This document shows, one piece after another, positions 44,301 through 53,979 of a DNA stretch of 58,693 nucleotides. This DNA is from an uncultured bacterium (lineage in GTDB: Bacteria; Desulfobacterota_D; UBA1144; Nemesobacterales; UBA2774): assembly GCA_963705505.1 (NCBI GenBank), contig CAVPJU010000007.1:1-58693 (forward strand), in the 5' to 3' direction. Positions within the stretch are counted from its first letter, which is position 1. Every line of letters starts with the position of its first letter. The notes beneath the pieces were generated by a model that searched no databases, was not told the DNA's origin, and worked only from the letters and a program-made list of their open reading frames with translations. The position numbers and the translations under genes were made by a program.

Positions 44301-45364
44301 GTAATATACATCCCGTAAGGTGAGCTCGCGGAAACGGCTTCATTGAACTCTTCAGAGGATTTCAGCTCCTTTACCCTCTCCTCGAGCTTGTCTACGGCGG
44401 TGCGGCTTTGCGCCGCCAGGGTTTCGAGCCGCGACTCCGTATCCCTCGCTTTCTTCTCCGTGTACGTCTTCTCCCTGTAATTCCTCCCATACTCAAGAGT
44501 GAGCCCGAGGAACGGGATGAAACACGCGAGGGCTTTTAAAAAGTCCGCGTACAGGAAGTGCTCGCCGGGAAATAGCGACGAAACGATCGCGACGAATATC
44601 TCGGACGCGAACAGAGGAATAAGCATGATCTCGAGCACGTATGACAGAGAGGTCCTCTTACTTTTCAGGTAATATTCCGATGTCAGCGCCGCGGCTATTA
44701 TGGCGGCCATCGGCGAAAGTGCCCACATGCGCGCTGCGAGCGTGTGCGGATCGGGCGTGCCTTTCGCGGGGCCCGATTCCGCAAGCACGTAGATTATTCC
44801 GAAGGATATGCCCATTATGACGGAGCTTACGATGAGGTAGCGGCCCGTCCTCGTGTTGAACTCGTCGTCTGTTTTTTTCCTGAGCAGTACCAGTGCGCCC
44901 GCGAATATGAGTATTGCGGGGAAGAGGTCAACGGCGACCGAGGATGCCGATATGAAGAATTCCCTGTAAACACCATCACGGAAAAGGTATGAGGCGAAGA
45001 GCTGGAATCCGCTTATCACGGCAGTGCCGATGAGGGACACGCCGAGTATGAACGAGACCCTGCTCCTCTCGACAGAGTAATGCAAGAGGCAGAGCGTTCC
45101 CGTAAAAAGAGAGATGAGGATCGTGGCCGTGACGGTGATCTTGAAAGCCTCGGTCACCTCCAGGTAACGCATCCTGAAATCGGCTCCGAGGAGGGAAAGA
45201 ACGAACGGCAGGACGCTCAACGCGACGACGGTTATGAAGAGCCCCTTCGGGAACTGTAAATCATCCGTGATTACAATCCTTTTTTCTGATCCCATTACAT
45301 AGCCGTTGGGGGACGTATAACCCCTGCAAGTCCCCTGCTTGGAATCAGGCAATTCCCATGCCAT
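41315..45364 (-). CDS. membrane hybrid histidine kinase: multi-TM sensor, 4 PAS, HisKA/HATPase, 2 receiver domains
   Basis: SHEIRTPLN, NAIKFT, DTGIGI, GAGLGL, DKQMPGMDG, DVQMPVMDG. Confidence 0.93.
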   Translation of the reverse strand: MAWELPDSKQGTCRGYTSPNGYVMGSEKRIVITDDLQFPKGLFITVVALSVLPFVLSLLGADFRMRYLEVTEAFKITVTATILISLFTGTLCLLHYSVERSRVSFILGVSLIGTAVISGFQLFASYLFRDGVYREFFISASSVAVDLFPAILIFAGALVLLRKKTDDEFNTRTGRYLIVSSVIMGISFGIIYVLAESGPAKGTPDPHTLAARMWALSPMAAIIAAALTSEYYLKSKRTSLSYVLEIMLIPLFASEIFVAIVSSLFPGEHFLYADFLKALACFIPFLGLTLEYGRNYREKTYTEKKARDTESRLETLAAQSRTAVDKLEERVKELKSSEEFNEAVSASSPYGMYITNEGRIVFVNSQFEKITGYARDELIDSKPEALVAPDDREERRKRAQELLEGTGAASIQYRIINRKRQTVWLSETVSKITYKGKESVIGSVADITSGKHTEEMLRTLSTSSPLGIYIVQDGELKYVNRQYCEYTGFGEDELLGTNADKIILYLDRESVKESSRRMIESGSIEPYEYRILSKEGEIKWLSETVTRIRFRDRGAVLGSVADITDRRRVEIMLRTLSTSSPIGIYIVQDGEFKFVNPQLQKYTGYTEEELLGSKSIWYIYGDDRSPVRQNAIRMLKGEINAPYEYRVVRRDGTIMWSMEVVRSIQYMGKQAVLGTLMDISERKQAEELFETLSTGTPIGVFIIQDSKFEFVNPKFEEFMGYKREELIGTNPWKLIHPLDRDDVREKSRLMMEGARSLPYEYRVVNRQGETRWVMETSTSIQYRGRQAVLGSLMDISEMKKAEAELKDAKEAAEAGSQAKSEFLANVSHEIRTPLNAIVGMTELMLDTSLSSEQQETLRVIESSSEALLSLINEILDFSRIEVGQMEIEEEPFSLKELVEGVADSLSVRAFEKGLELVCYINHNVPDRLIGDMSRIRQVLVNLVVNAIKFTDTGEVFINLENIRPVDGDDVELQFKVADTGIGIPEEHREKIFDKFSQVDSSTTRTFGGAGLGLSISKSLVQLMGGKIWFESELGNGSTFYFSLPLKLDWEKEGRVARVQPNFRGTPVLIVDDNGTNRSVLRKMLSLWGFEVMEASGGRAALSLLHNMDRKPPLIIADKQMPGMDGIEFAEHVRNSIGRKIKILLLTSWGGMSFSEIRDRGIDETIIKPVKSAKLYDAVSRLMKEAVDWKDGDADLKADSPFESVGSRVSGKPRVLVVDDTLDNQSLAKRILEIGGYEVDVASGGVEGVDAARKNWYDMILMDVQMPVMDGFEATRSIREWEKENALERTPIIAVTAHALVGYREKCLDNDMDDYITKPLTKKLLLDIVKKWLKAPGAEKSDPAGVDVGA

Positions 45365-45856
45365 GTAGATTACGACCTTAACCTCCTTGGATTTACAGCA
45401 TAATCTAACGAATATTAGGACCGGATGCCCAAAGGAATGACAATTATCGTCATCCCCCGTCCAAATAGCGGAATATAGATAATTTACGATATTTGGAAGC
45501 GGATATCAGATTAGCAACCAAGATTCTGAGAATGTTAATATCATTTGAATAAGATTTTAACAAGTGGTAATAAAGCTTTATGCGCCCATTTTCGTATAAA
45601 GATTCAGGTTTTATTGTATGGGAATCACGAATTATTTGTTTTTCCATCCCGGATAATCTGAAATCTTTTATAGGATAAATATCTCCTTATTGAGAACGGG
45701 GTTTAAATCCATGTATGTAATATTCCGGATAACAAAGCTTTTTTTCTCATCGCGGCGATCACACCACCCTCCTTGCATTATTCCCCTCAATCGAGCTATT
45801 ATTAATTATTCGATTACTTAATCATTATCCTTTCCAAACTGTCCGTTAAGAGGGGG

Positions 45857-46375
45857 GTGGAGATGAAAAACGCAGGGGACGTATTAATTAACCGCTCAGC
45901 CGAGCTGATAATATTAATCTCCTCAGTAGTAATGATCGCGTTCATGATAACCGGAGGCTGCGGAGGCAACGGCAGCAATACCCCGCCGCCGACCACCGGA
46001 TTCCCCCCCGAATGCGGCTCCCCCAATATCGACCTCAGCTGCCCGGCAGGGAGCTTTCTCGATTTCGACTGCTACAGCTACGATTGCGATATTCTCGACA
46101 ACTCAACAGAGCCGCCCGGTGATGTGGACAGCTTCCAAATTATTTTCGTAAGGAGCTGCAGCGAAACGGACTGCTTCACGCTCGATTGTCATGATCTGAT
46201 GCAGGGTTCCCGCACAGTCGCGGAAGAAGCCGCAATCACAATCGGCGAAGTTAATGGAATGCCCGTCGGAGAAGATGTGGAGGGAGATACAGGATTCGTA
46301 TCCTCGATAAAAGGATCAATTGAAATCGACGGACAGGAGTTCGGCCTCGATTGCGCCTCCGGCCCCGTACCTTAA
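45857..46375 (+). CDS. Cys-rich acidic lipoprotein
   Basis: Signal ending TGGC; eight further Cys. Confidence 0.65.
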   Translation: MEMKNAGDVLINRSAELIILISSVVMIAFMITGGCGGNGSNTPPPTTGFPPECGSPNIDLSCPAGSFLDFDCYSYDCDILDNSTEPPGDVDSFQIIFVRSCSETDCFTLDCHDLMQGSRTVAEEAAITIGEVNGMPVGEDVEGDTGFVSSIKGSIEIDGQEFGLDCASGPVP

Positions 46376-46469
46376 CTCAAGGAAGCATCGATATAAGACT
46401 ATTCTCTCAGCAGGGATATATCTTTACAAGGCCCTTCGCGGCTGTATTATTTCATGAGGAGGGATTCAG

Positions 46470-46796
46470 ATGCGGAAAAACATTTCACGCTTCTACATAG
46501 CTATAACGATATGCCTGTTTGCATTGGCTGCTGCCTGCGCGGAGACCGGAGCCCAGCCCGGCAAGGTATACGACCCCGGTCAGGTATCGGCGACCTGCGC
46601 CCAGAACCTCGGGCTCAGCGGAGCGGCGATAATGTCGCTTGCGGCGGCTTTCAGAGACTCTAACGGGCACATAACCGACGAATTCAAAGAGAAAGCCAGC
46701 AAAGACATAGCGGAATCAGAGAACACGCAGCCGTCCCAAAACGATGCGGTCTTCCAGCAATACATTTCGTGTCTCGAAAGTTCCGTCACTCAATAA
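46470..46796 (+). CDS. small lipoprotein (tandem paralog 1)
   Basis: Lipobox AAAC; DPGQVSATCAQNLGL...YISC. Confidence 0.7.
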   Translation: MRKNISRFYIAITICLFALAAACAETGAQPGKVYDPGQVSATCAQNLGLSGAAIMSLAAAFRDSNGHITDEFKEKASKDIAESENTQPSQNDAVFQQYISCLESSVTQ

Positions 46797-46855
46797 TCCC
46801 TCGGGTTGTGATTATCCGACCTTTACAACCCCGAAGTTTTCTGTAGAATTGGATT

Positions 46856-47203
46856 ATGAAAATACTCACCCTGAACAAATCGGCCCTTTGCTCTTCAATA
46901 ATCCTGATCTGCCTTCTCGCGACCGCTACAGGCTGCTTCTGGAAAAGCGAGCAGATTAAAACCGCCAAGGTAAGCGATCCGGCTTCGGTATCCACGACAT
47001 GCGCGCAGAATGCGGGGCTCGACGAAAAGGATACGGCCGCACTGGTAACGGCTATAAAACATTACCACGGGGAAATGAGCGATGAATTCAAACTCCGCGC
47101 GATGACCATCATAACGGATTCACACAGCATAGATCCGGCAAAGAAGGATTCCGTCACCCAGGAGTACCTTTCGTGCGTAGCGAATTCCGCACAAAAAAAG
47201 TAG
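46856..47203 (+). CDS. small lipoprotein (tandem paralog 2)
   Basis: Lipobox ATGC; DPASVSTTCAQNAGL...YLSC. Confidence 0.7.
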   Translation: MKILTLNKSALCSSIILICLLATATGCFWKSEQIKTAKVSDPASVSTTCAQNAGLDEKDTAALVTAIKHYHGEMSDEFKLRAMTIITDSHSIDPAKKDSVTQEYLSCVANSAQKK

Positions 47204-47244
47204 TCAACCGGCAGTGAATTGAACTCCAATCAGCTGTAATTTTT

Positions 47245-48044
47245 TCACTTAGGCATGGGCGGGGAGACCTTCTCCATCACTATCGAGCCCGTAAGGCATA
47301 CGTACTGGAACTGCACCTGCCACGCGGGTGAGAGCCATGGGCCTTCCAGCCCCGTTGGGATAGTCGTTATTTCGGTGAACACCTGCCTCATCACCTTCGC
47401 CCCGGGCCCCCCGGGTCCGCTGTAATCGCCGGCAAAGAGCTGGTCGAGCTTCCTGAGCGCCTGGTTCGCCGCGTTATACGCGGATACCGCAATCCGTTTG
47501 TTCGCGAACACACCGCTCGCCATCGGCCCGAGCTTATCTATTGATCTTATCAGCGCCCTCGCGGAATCCCGGGCTTCCGTGGCGAACTTCTTGTCCTGCG
47601 CCTCGTCCCCTCCCGCCGACTGATAGATATTGAAGCTTATACCGTACACCTTTTCCCCGGACTGCCGAGCGCCGACCTGTAGAGCGAGCCCTTGCCGGTC
47701 CATGTCGCATCGACGTTGGGATTATCGGTAAAAGCGCGGTACGTCCCTGAATAAAATACGCCGAACACCTCGGCAAGCTTCGCGGCGTCGCCGGTAAGCC
47801 CATTCATCGGGAATTTATAGAGGTCCTCGAGCTTCTGGTCAGCCGCCACTTTGTCCCTCCACTTGCCGTTTGCGGCGTTTATACCCTGCGGCTGGTTCAT
47901 GTTCGATAGTTCATAGAGCCTGTAGAGCAGCACCTGGAACCTCAGATTTATGTCCTTGACTGACTTGCCCTCGTCCGCTGTCTGCGCGCCCGAGGCGGCC
48001 GCCCACTGGAGTATAAGTATTATTGCGATTGCGGCCTTTCTCAT
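47245..48044 (-). CDS. secreted hypothetical protein (frameshift near 47700)
   Basis: Signal MRKAAIAIILILQWAAASGA; continues in ORF 47245-47703. Confidence 0.55.
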
Positions 48045-48220
48045 CTTTCTATCCCCCCTCTCGGTGACTTGGGAATAATGCACATCCAACAAATTACATT
48101 AAAACAAATTAATCTTGTCTAGTCCAGAGGAATTATGCGTTCAATATATGCCTTAAAATTGCCCGGTATGGGTATAAATCAACGGGGAGTGATGGTTATC
48201 GGCTTAAAGTCCGGAATCCG

Positions 48221-48262
48221 GGCGGCGACGGGACTCGAACCCCCGACCCCGGCTCAGGGCGG
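48221..48262 (-). pseudogene. degenerate tRNA-Asp 3' fragment (att remnant 1)
   Basis: GGGTTCGAGTCCCGTCG T-arm; homologous to the two fragments below. Confidence 0.55.
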
Positions 48263-49402
48263 TTACTGAATCAGGTAAACAGTCTGTTCCGTGCTGCTCA
48301 TAAATACATAATATATGGAATACCATATCAATACATATAGCAGAGGGAACACGAACCTTGCCGTTACGTTCCCATAATTCCAGACCTTTTCTTTTTTGTG
48401 ATGTTTAAATAATTCAAAGCTTATGACAGAAATAATCGTGATGCCGCACATCAGATATCCGGATAATATTATTGCGTCGAGGATCGTTAAATAAGATACG
48501 TTCGGGAAAAAGCTCGACACGACGAAATTAAACGCCACGGCGGTCAAAGCGAAAGCGGCGACGATGCTGACGCGCCTGTCGAGCGACTCTCTCTGCATCC
48601 AGAATACGCACGTCGAGAGAAGAATAAAAAAGCAGAACGGAAAAAGTATTCTCCACAAATAATATGCGGTCCTTCTTACCGTAGGGACGTGAAAACTAAC
48701 GTATGACCAGTCGTCGGTTTCCGACTCCCACAACCTCCTGATACCGGCGGTCGACGACATCTCATGGAGAATCCATTCGTCGTTCTGGAAATTATGGTTG
48801 ACGCCCGTTCTCTCGCTCCAGACTTTATAATCCAGCTCGTCCTTGGGATATGAAAAAGATTCGAATTCGATCCTGAGTGTCTGACGGTCGAACGGAAATT
48901 TGCGGAATTCCAAAGTCGTAGCCGTATCCACGACGAACACCGCGGAATAGAATATATCTCCGTCCGGGTGAATGAGCAGTCTCTTATTTATGACCGTTAT
49001 ATCGCTGAGCTGATTAGTGATCTGCGGGTCGGGCCACCACATATATTTAATGCGTTCATCGACCTCGTCCCCTATGACTATGTCCGGTTTATTATCGACG
49101 CTCTCGAAAGCCGTCCTGGGGTCTTTCCAATGAAGGGACAAAGCGTACCGGGCGCGCAGTGTCTGCCGGGGCTGGTCCAGTTTGATAATATCAAGCAGAA
49201 AGAGTCCGATGTACACGGTCGTCGGCCTGTCCTTATCGGGCGGGGTATTGTACTCCTTATGCTGCTGGGAGGCGGAGCTTGTAACCGGAAGCAGGAAGAG
49301 ATATATGACGAAGAGTGCGCCGATAATATTAAACTTGTTCGCAGCCGCATTAGTACGGGTCATGGCGGGAAGCTCTGTATTTTCCGTTCGCAAGGTTACC
49401 AA
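48263..49402 (-). CDS. prokaryotic pentameric ligand-gated ion channel (GLIC/ELIC-like)
   Basis: WKDPR, WWPD, FRKFPFDRQ Pro-loop, four C-terminal TMs with PNVSYLT.LD. Confidence 0.88.
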   Translation of the reverse strand: MVTLRTENTELPAMTRTNAAANKFNIIGALFVIYLFLLPVTSSASQQHKEYNTPPDKDRPTTVYIGLFLLDIIKLDQPRQTLRARYALSLHWKDPRTAFESVDNKPDIVIGDEVDERIKYMWWPDPQITNQLSDITVINKRLLIHPDGDIFYSAVFVVDTATTLEFRKFPFDRQTLRIEFESFSYPKDELDYKVWSERTGVNHNFQNDEWILHEMSSTAGIRRLWESETDDWSYVSFHVPTVRRTAYYLWRILFPFCFFILLSTCVFWMQRESLDRRVSIVAAFALTAVAFNFVVSSFFPNVSYLTILDAIILSGYLMCGITIISVISFELFKHHKKEKVWNYGNVTARFVFPLLYVLIWYSIYYVFMSSTEQTVYLIQ

Positions 49403-49522
49403 AATCGGTCCGACGTGTCGTAATCCATGAGATATGTAAGTTTAAGCCGAAATTAATCAGAATGCCAAACCAACCTGGGAAGTTTAATTATTTCAAAATG
49501 ATGGGGAATCTTCGGAAAAACA

Positions 49523-49572
49523 GGCGGTGCCGACGGGACTTGAACCCCCGACCTCCGGCTCGACAGGCCGGC
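49523..49572 (-). pseudogene. tRNA-Asp 3' fragment (att remnant 2)
   Basis: GCCGGCCTGTCGAGCCGGAGGTCGGGGGTTCAAGTCCCGTCGGCACCGCC: GTC anticodon arm and T-arm, no D-arm. Confidence 0.72.
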
Positions 49573-49765
49573 TATTGAAGCTCTCTTAGTTTTAATAAGG
49601 AGCGTGGAATCAGGCAGTTACCTTTTTTCTACAAACAACAAAAAATCCAACTATTCCCAATAAAACCGCCATGGCTATGAATCCCCAATGGCATTGCGTC
49701 GGAATGTTTGAGCCGTACGAATCTTCTGTATGCACAAAAAAAGGGGATTAGATCAGCCCTGAAAC

Positions 49766-50723
49766 CTATTCCAGCTTCTTCCATGTTTTATCGGGATTGA
49801 ACTCTTTGATAGCTTTTGCGATCTTCTCCGTGTTTAAACCCAGGTCCTTCTGATAAATTGCCCCGTTCTGGTTAACGAGGAATGTCATGACACCGCTCGA
49901 ACCGTATTTTGCGGGATATGCTAAAAGAGCAAACCCTCCAATCATGTAGCCGTTGATGATGTAGTTGTATTTGCCCCCGGGTGCGTCAGGTCCCTGAGAA
50001 GTCAGGATGCGGTAGTAATAACCATGATAAGGTATGGGTTCAGGCTGAGCCTTGGAGATTTCGTAACCCTCGGCTGTTGCACTAGCCATCATAGGTCCTA
50101 TCGGGCTCTCTTCTTCATTCTTCGCCGCATCCCAATAAAGCCCATCTTGCTTGCCGGGTGTACTAACGAACTTTCGGGCGTATTCGAGCACTCCATTGCC
50201 GTTACGGTCTTTGCTTGCGTAATCACGCTCGGCGCTAACGAAGTTGGCACATACGGATATGGTATTCAGTTCGTTTTTTCCAATTCTTCTATCAAGCATC
50301 TCTTCCATTCCTGATGCGGTATCGAAGCGCCACTTATCACCATCCTTTATGATGGGAACGGGGAATGGCCAGTCGTCGTTTCCAATACTGAGTATTGCTT
50401 TTCCATCGCTCGAAATATCAACGTGGTTCATCTCTTCAGTTCTTTTGACAAATTTTTGCAGTGCAATTTCGTCAGCCTTTTCGTCTCCCGAAGAGATTAA
50501 TTTCTCACTACCGGGTCCAAATATCTCCAGGAGCTGTTGCTTTGTTCTCCGATTTTGCGGCAGCGATGAGAGCTTTCACCGCATCCTCAGGCGAGGAAAA
50601 AACCTTCTGCTGCACGTTTTCAGCATTGGAAGTACTAGAAACAGACCATAGTATTGCAAGAGTGAATATCAGCAATAAATATGGAAGGTATCTTGATAAA
50701 CTTCTTTTCGTCTTATTCGCCAT
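49766..50723 (-). CDS. DUF2950 family protein (frameshifted)
   Basis: FSSPEDAVKAL; WPFPVPI...RRIGKNEL...PYHGYYY...YGSSGVMTF; adjacent to DUF3300. Confidence 0.82.
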
Positions 50724-50767
50724 TATAATTTCCCCCTTGTTTAAATTCTTAGCGAAAAATGAAAACG

Positions 50768-52069
50768 CTATCTTCTTCTGCCGCTTGAGCTTCTGCCTCT
50801 GTTGGTGCTCTTTCCGCTCGTACTTCGTTGGTAGCTTTCACGGCTTGATCTCCCCCGCTGGCTATCGGCGCGGGTCTCGCTGCGGCTCCCGTAGCCGCTG
50901 AATGCATCGGAGTGATCTCTCGACACGGAACTTCTACTTTCACTAGTCCTCGCACGTTCCTTCGTTTTTGATGTAGAAGACTCTGATCTTTTTCTCTCTG
51001 CATTCCCTAAATCGCTTGAGCCGGGCTGACGGCTCTCGCGCCCAACTCTACTTTCTTGTTTAGTAGCTTGACCGCGATCATAACCACTAAAGGCTCCGTT
51101 ATCACTTCTTTCCCGCAGCCCTTTCTCGACTGAGGTTGTTGTCGGCCTTGTTTCTCCGTAACCCCTAAACTCGCGGTTAGACACACCCTGATTTCCTTTC
51201 TGGTATCGCTCGGCAACGGCATTATTCTTGTATTCGACCCCTCTTCTATGTTCGGGGTTGTGCTGCCAGCGGCGTTCTCCTGAATTGTTTCCGTTGATAT
51301 TAACCTTATTCCCGATATTAACATCTCCCCTGTTTATATTTACATTTGTATTCCCATGTCCGTATCCCCCTCCCCAGTAGCAGCAATTGTTATGACCCCA
51401 GTCGAAACTGGCGAAGGTGGCGCCAACCGCTACACCAAGGCCAAAAGAGAAGATATTCGATGCTACGTATCCCGGAGGATATACGGCATAGGGAGGATAA
51501 GCGGGATAATACCAAGTTCCATATACAACCGTCGGGTTATACGCGGGAACATAGACGACCTGCGGGTCGGCGGGTTGTATGATTATAGTTTCCTTTTCTT
51601 TAACTACGACCTGCTCCTTGGTTGTTTTCAGATTCCCAGCGGAGTCCGCTCTTTCCCTAAGCACCTGCACCGCGTCCATCACTTCCTGTTGCTGCGCAAG
51701 GAACGCGTCACCCAAGTTCGTCGTCCAATCAAGATTCTCATTCATCATTGAAACGACATCCGGAAATTCAACGAGGGATTTTACGCTATCGTCCCAGTCC
51801 TGTTTTTGAGCTTCTGCATACAGCTGCTCTCCCTTGAGATTTTTATTTTTTTCCAACCAGCGAGCAGCCTGCACGACCTCCAGAGGATATGTTGATGCCA
51901 TTAGAACCTGGGCAAGGAGCGTATCGGGATAAAGCGCTATCGGAGCCAGCAGTTGCTCAAGCTCCGCAGAGCTTAGTTTTGCGGATGAGTTTTCCTGAGC
52001 GAATAAAAATCCTGAACTGAAGGAACAAAATAAAAGAATGATAACAGCACAATACTTAATTGCCCGCAT
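50768..52069 (-). CDS. DUF3300 domain protein
   Basis: LLAPIALYPDTLLAQVLMASTYP, VVYVPAYNP, WQHNPEHRRGV. Confidence 0.88.
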   Translation of the reverse strand: MRAIKYCAVIILLFCSFSSGFLFAQENSSAKLSSAELEQLLAPIALYPDTLLAQVLMASTYPLEVVQAARWLEKNKNLKGEQLYAEAQKQDWDDSVKSLVEFPDVVSMMNENLDWTTNLGDAFLAQQQEVMDAVQVLRERADSAGNLKTTKEQVVVKEKETIIIQPADPQVVYVPAYNPTVVYGTWYYPAYPPYAVYPPGYVASNIFSFGLGVAVGATFASFDWGHNNCCYWGGGYGHGNTNVNINRGDVNIGNKVNINGNNSGERRWQHNPEHRRGVEYKNNAVAERYQKGNQGVSNREFRGYGETRPTTTSVEKGLRERSDNGAFSGYDRGQATKQESRVGRESRQPGSSDLGNAERKRSESSTSKTKERARTSESRSSVSRDHSDAFSGYGSRSETRADSQRGRSSRESYQRSTSGKSTNRGRSSSGRRR

Positions 52070-52798
52070 TATCCCACCTCTTGGAAAATGATTTATAAAT
52101 ACGTCAATAATTAAATCCCCTCGATATAGACTTGAGATAACTGTTCTTTATACGCTATTTATCCCTCGAAGGTCAAGTCGGACCACCGGCCCCATAGTCC
52201 GAGCATCATCTTTAAAACTCTTCGTTCCGCATCACTCATCATAATTAACGTATAGTACGCGATGATTAACATATAGTACACGGAAACCAATATAGGATGT
52301 TACCATAAACCAGAGCAATTCATCACATAATATGCAAACGATATTCCGAATTAATCCGAGCAAAAGCGAAACCTAACCCGCAACCGGCAAGATGTCTTCC
52401 TGAGCGAGTAAAAATCCTGAACTGAAGGAACAAAATAAAAGAATGACAACAGCACAATACTTAATTGCCCGCATTATCCCACCTCTTGGAAAATGATTTA
52501 TAAATACGTCAATAATTAAATCCCCTCGATATAGACTTGAGATAACCGTTCTTTATACGCTATTTATCCCTCGAAGGCCAAGTCCTGCCACCGGCCCCAT
52601 AGTCCGAGCATCATCTTTAAAACTATTCGTTCCGCATCACTCGTCATAATTAACGTATAGTACGCGATGATTAACATATAGTACACGGAAACCAATATAG
52701 GATGTTACCATAAACCAGAGCAATTCATCACATAATATGCAAACGATATTCCGAAATAATCCGAGCAAAAGCGAAACCTAACCCGCAACCGGCAAGAT
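51992..52798. repeat. tandem duplication with 405-bp period
   Basis: 51992-52393 repeated at 52397-52798 with a few substitutions; covers the DUF3300 upstream region and first ~26 codons. Confidence 0.92.
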
Positions 52799-53052
52799 CA
52801 CTTTAAGAAAGCGCTGACACTTTTGCTAAAGCTTTTTCAGGAATTTCTTATTTGCCCAGCTTAGAAACGGCATTCTTCAATGTTTCTGCGTCGGATGTGA
52901 ATAACGCATAGTTATCTATATAGAGGAATGTCCAAGGAGTTTTGAAACAAAGGTTCCCATACAGGTGCCATTTAAGCACTGTTGGCATAACTTTACACTA
53001 TAAGGACTAAGCCATTAACCGAGTACTCCGCCTGTATCGGCTTCGATGGGGA

Positions 53053-53364
53053 TTAACCATACTTCTTAACAGCTTTTTCGATGTCTTTCGTTGCTTTTTT
53101 CAGGTCATCCGGAATCATGACCGGACGAATCTCGACGCTAGCATTGAAAGAAAGGAACCAAGGCTCAGCCAACGCGGGTATTTGTGAAGCGTCCTGCATG
53201 TTGAGGAAAATCAAACCCGTCCTCTGACCATTGACCTCGGTAAAGTATGCTGCTTCGGGTTTCTGTTCGGCTAGAATTGATTCAATTGTTTTACCTAAGC
53301 TACCCTTCTTAGCAGCTTCGTTGCCAGCCTCTACAGGAATTGAAACCTTCATAAAAAACCGCAT
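53053..53364 (-). CDS. small ferredoxin-like-fold protein (DUF3303/GYD-like)
   Basis: KPEAAYF...GQRTG...IPALAEPWF...PVMIPDDL. Confidence 0.65.
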   Translation of the reverse strand: MRFFMKVSIPVEAGNEAAKKGSLGKTIESILAEQKPEAAYFTEVNGQRTGLIFLNMQDASQIPALAEPWFLSFNASVEIRPVMIPDDLKKATKDIEKAVKKYG

Positions 53365-53634
53365 AGGACACCCCGTTAAATTTTATTAATGATAATAGTA
53401 TTCCACTATGAGTATATAAATACAACGAAAATATTAGTCTGACGCGAAGTGCTAACACAATTGCTAACACTTTTTTCGTTTTTTATCACTGATCCAGTTT
53501 GTTTACTGCGAACACGAGAGCTTCCGGTGTCGGATGTGAATATCTCATAGTCATTTGAATTGTAGAGTGCCCTGGAAGTTAGGAGACGGTCGCTAAATCG
53601 ACTCCAGAAAGGACTAGCCTAGTTGCGTAAGAAC

Positions 53635-53682
53635 TGGCGGGGACGACGGGACTTGAACCCGCGACCTCTGGCTTGACAGGGC
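53635..53682 (-). pseudogene. tRNA-Asp(GTC) 3' half with CCA (att remnant 3)
   Basis: GCCCTGTCAAGCCAGAGGTCGCGGGTTCAAGTCCCGTCGTCCCCGCCA; 5' half absent. Confidence 0.8.
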
Positions 53683-53979
53683 ATTATCATGTTTGTATGG
53701 GCATGTACCCATTTGTATTAAAACTATACGGTAAGAGAAAGTTATGATAAGTTCCTCAAGTAATACCAACACATACTATATGGTATATATCAACACAATA
53801 TGGACACCTATTTGGACACCTACCAAAAATTTAACATATCAGATAACAAAACTATGGAATTTAAAGACGGATTTCTTTCAACTCACTTGAAAAATCATAT
53901 GAAAAATCTGACTTAAAACTTGGACCGGCTTCCGGAGGCTTGATATATGCAAGTATAAATCCCCGGACTCTATATGGAC

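Noticed and set aside
53635..53682. Functional tRNA-Asp gene
   Set aside because: Only the anticodon loop to CCA is present; no D-arm or 5' acceptor strand. Same for 49523 and 48221.
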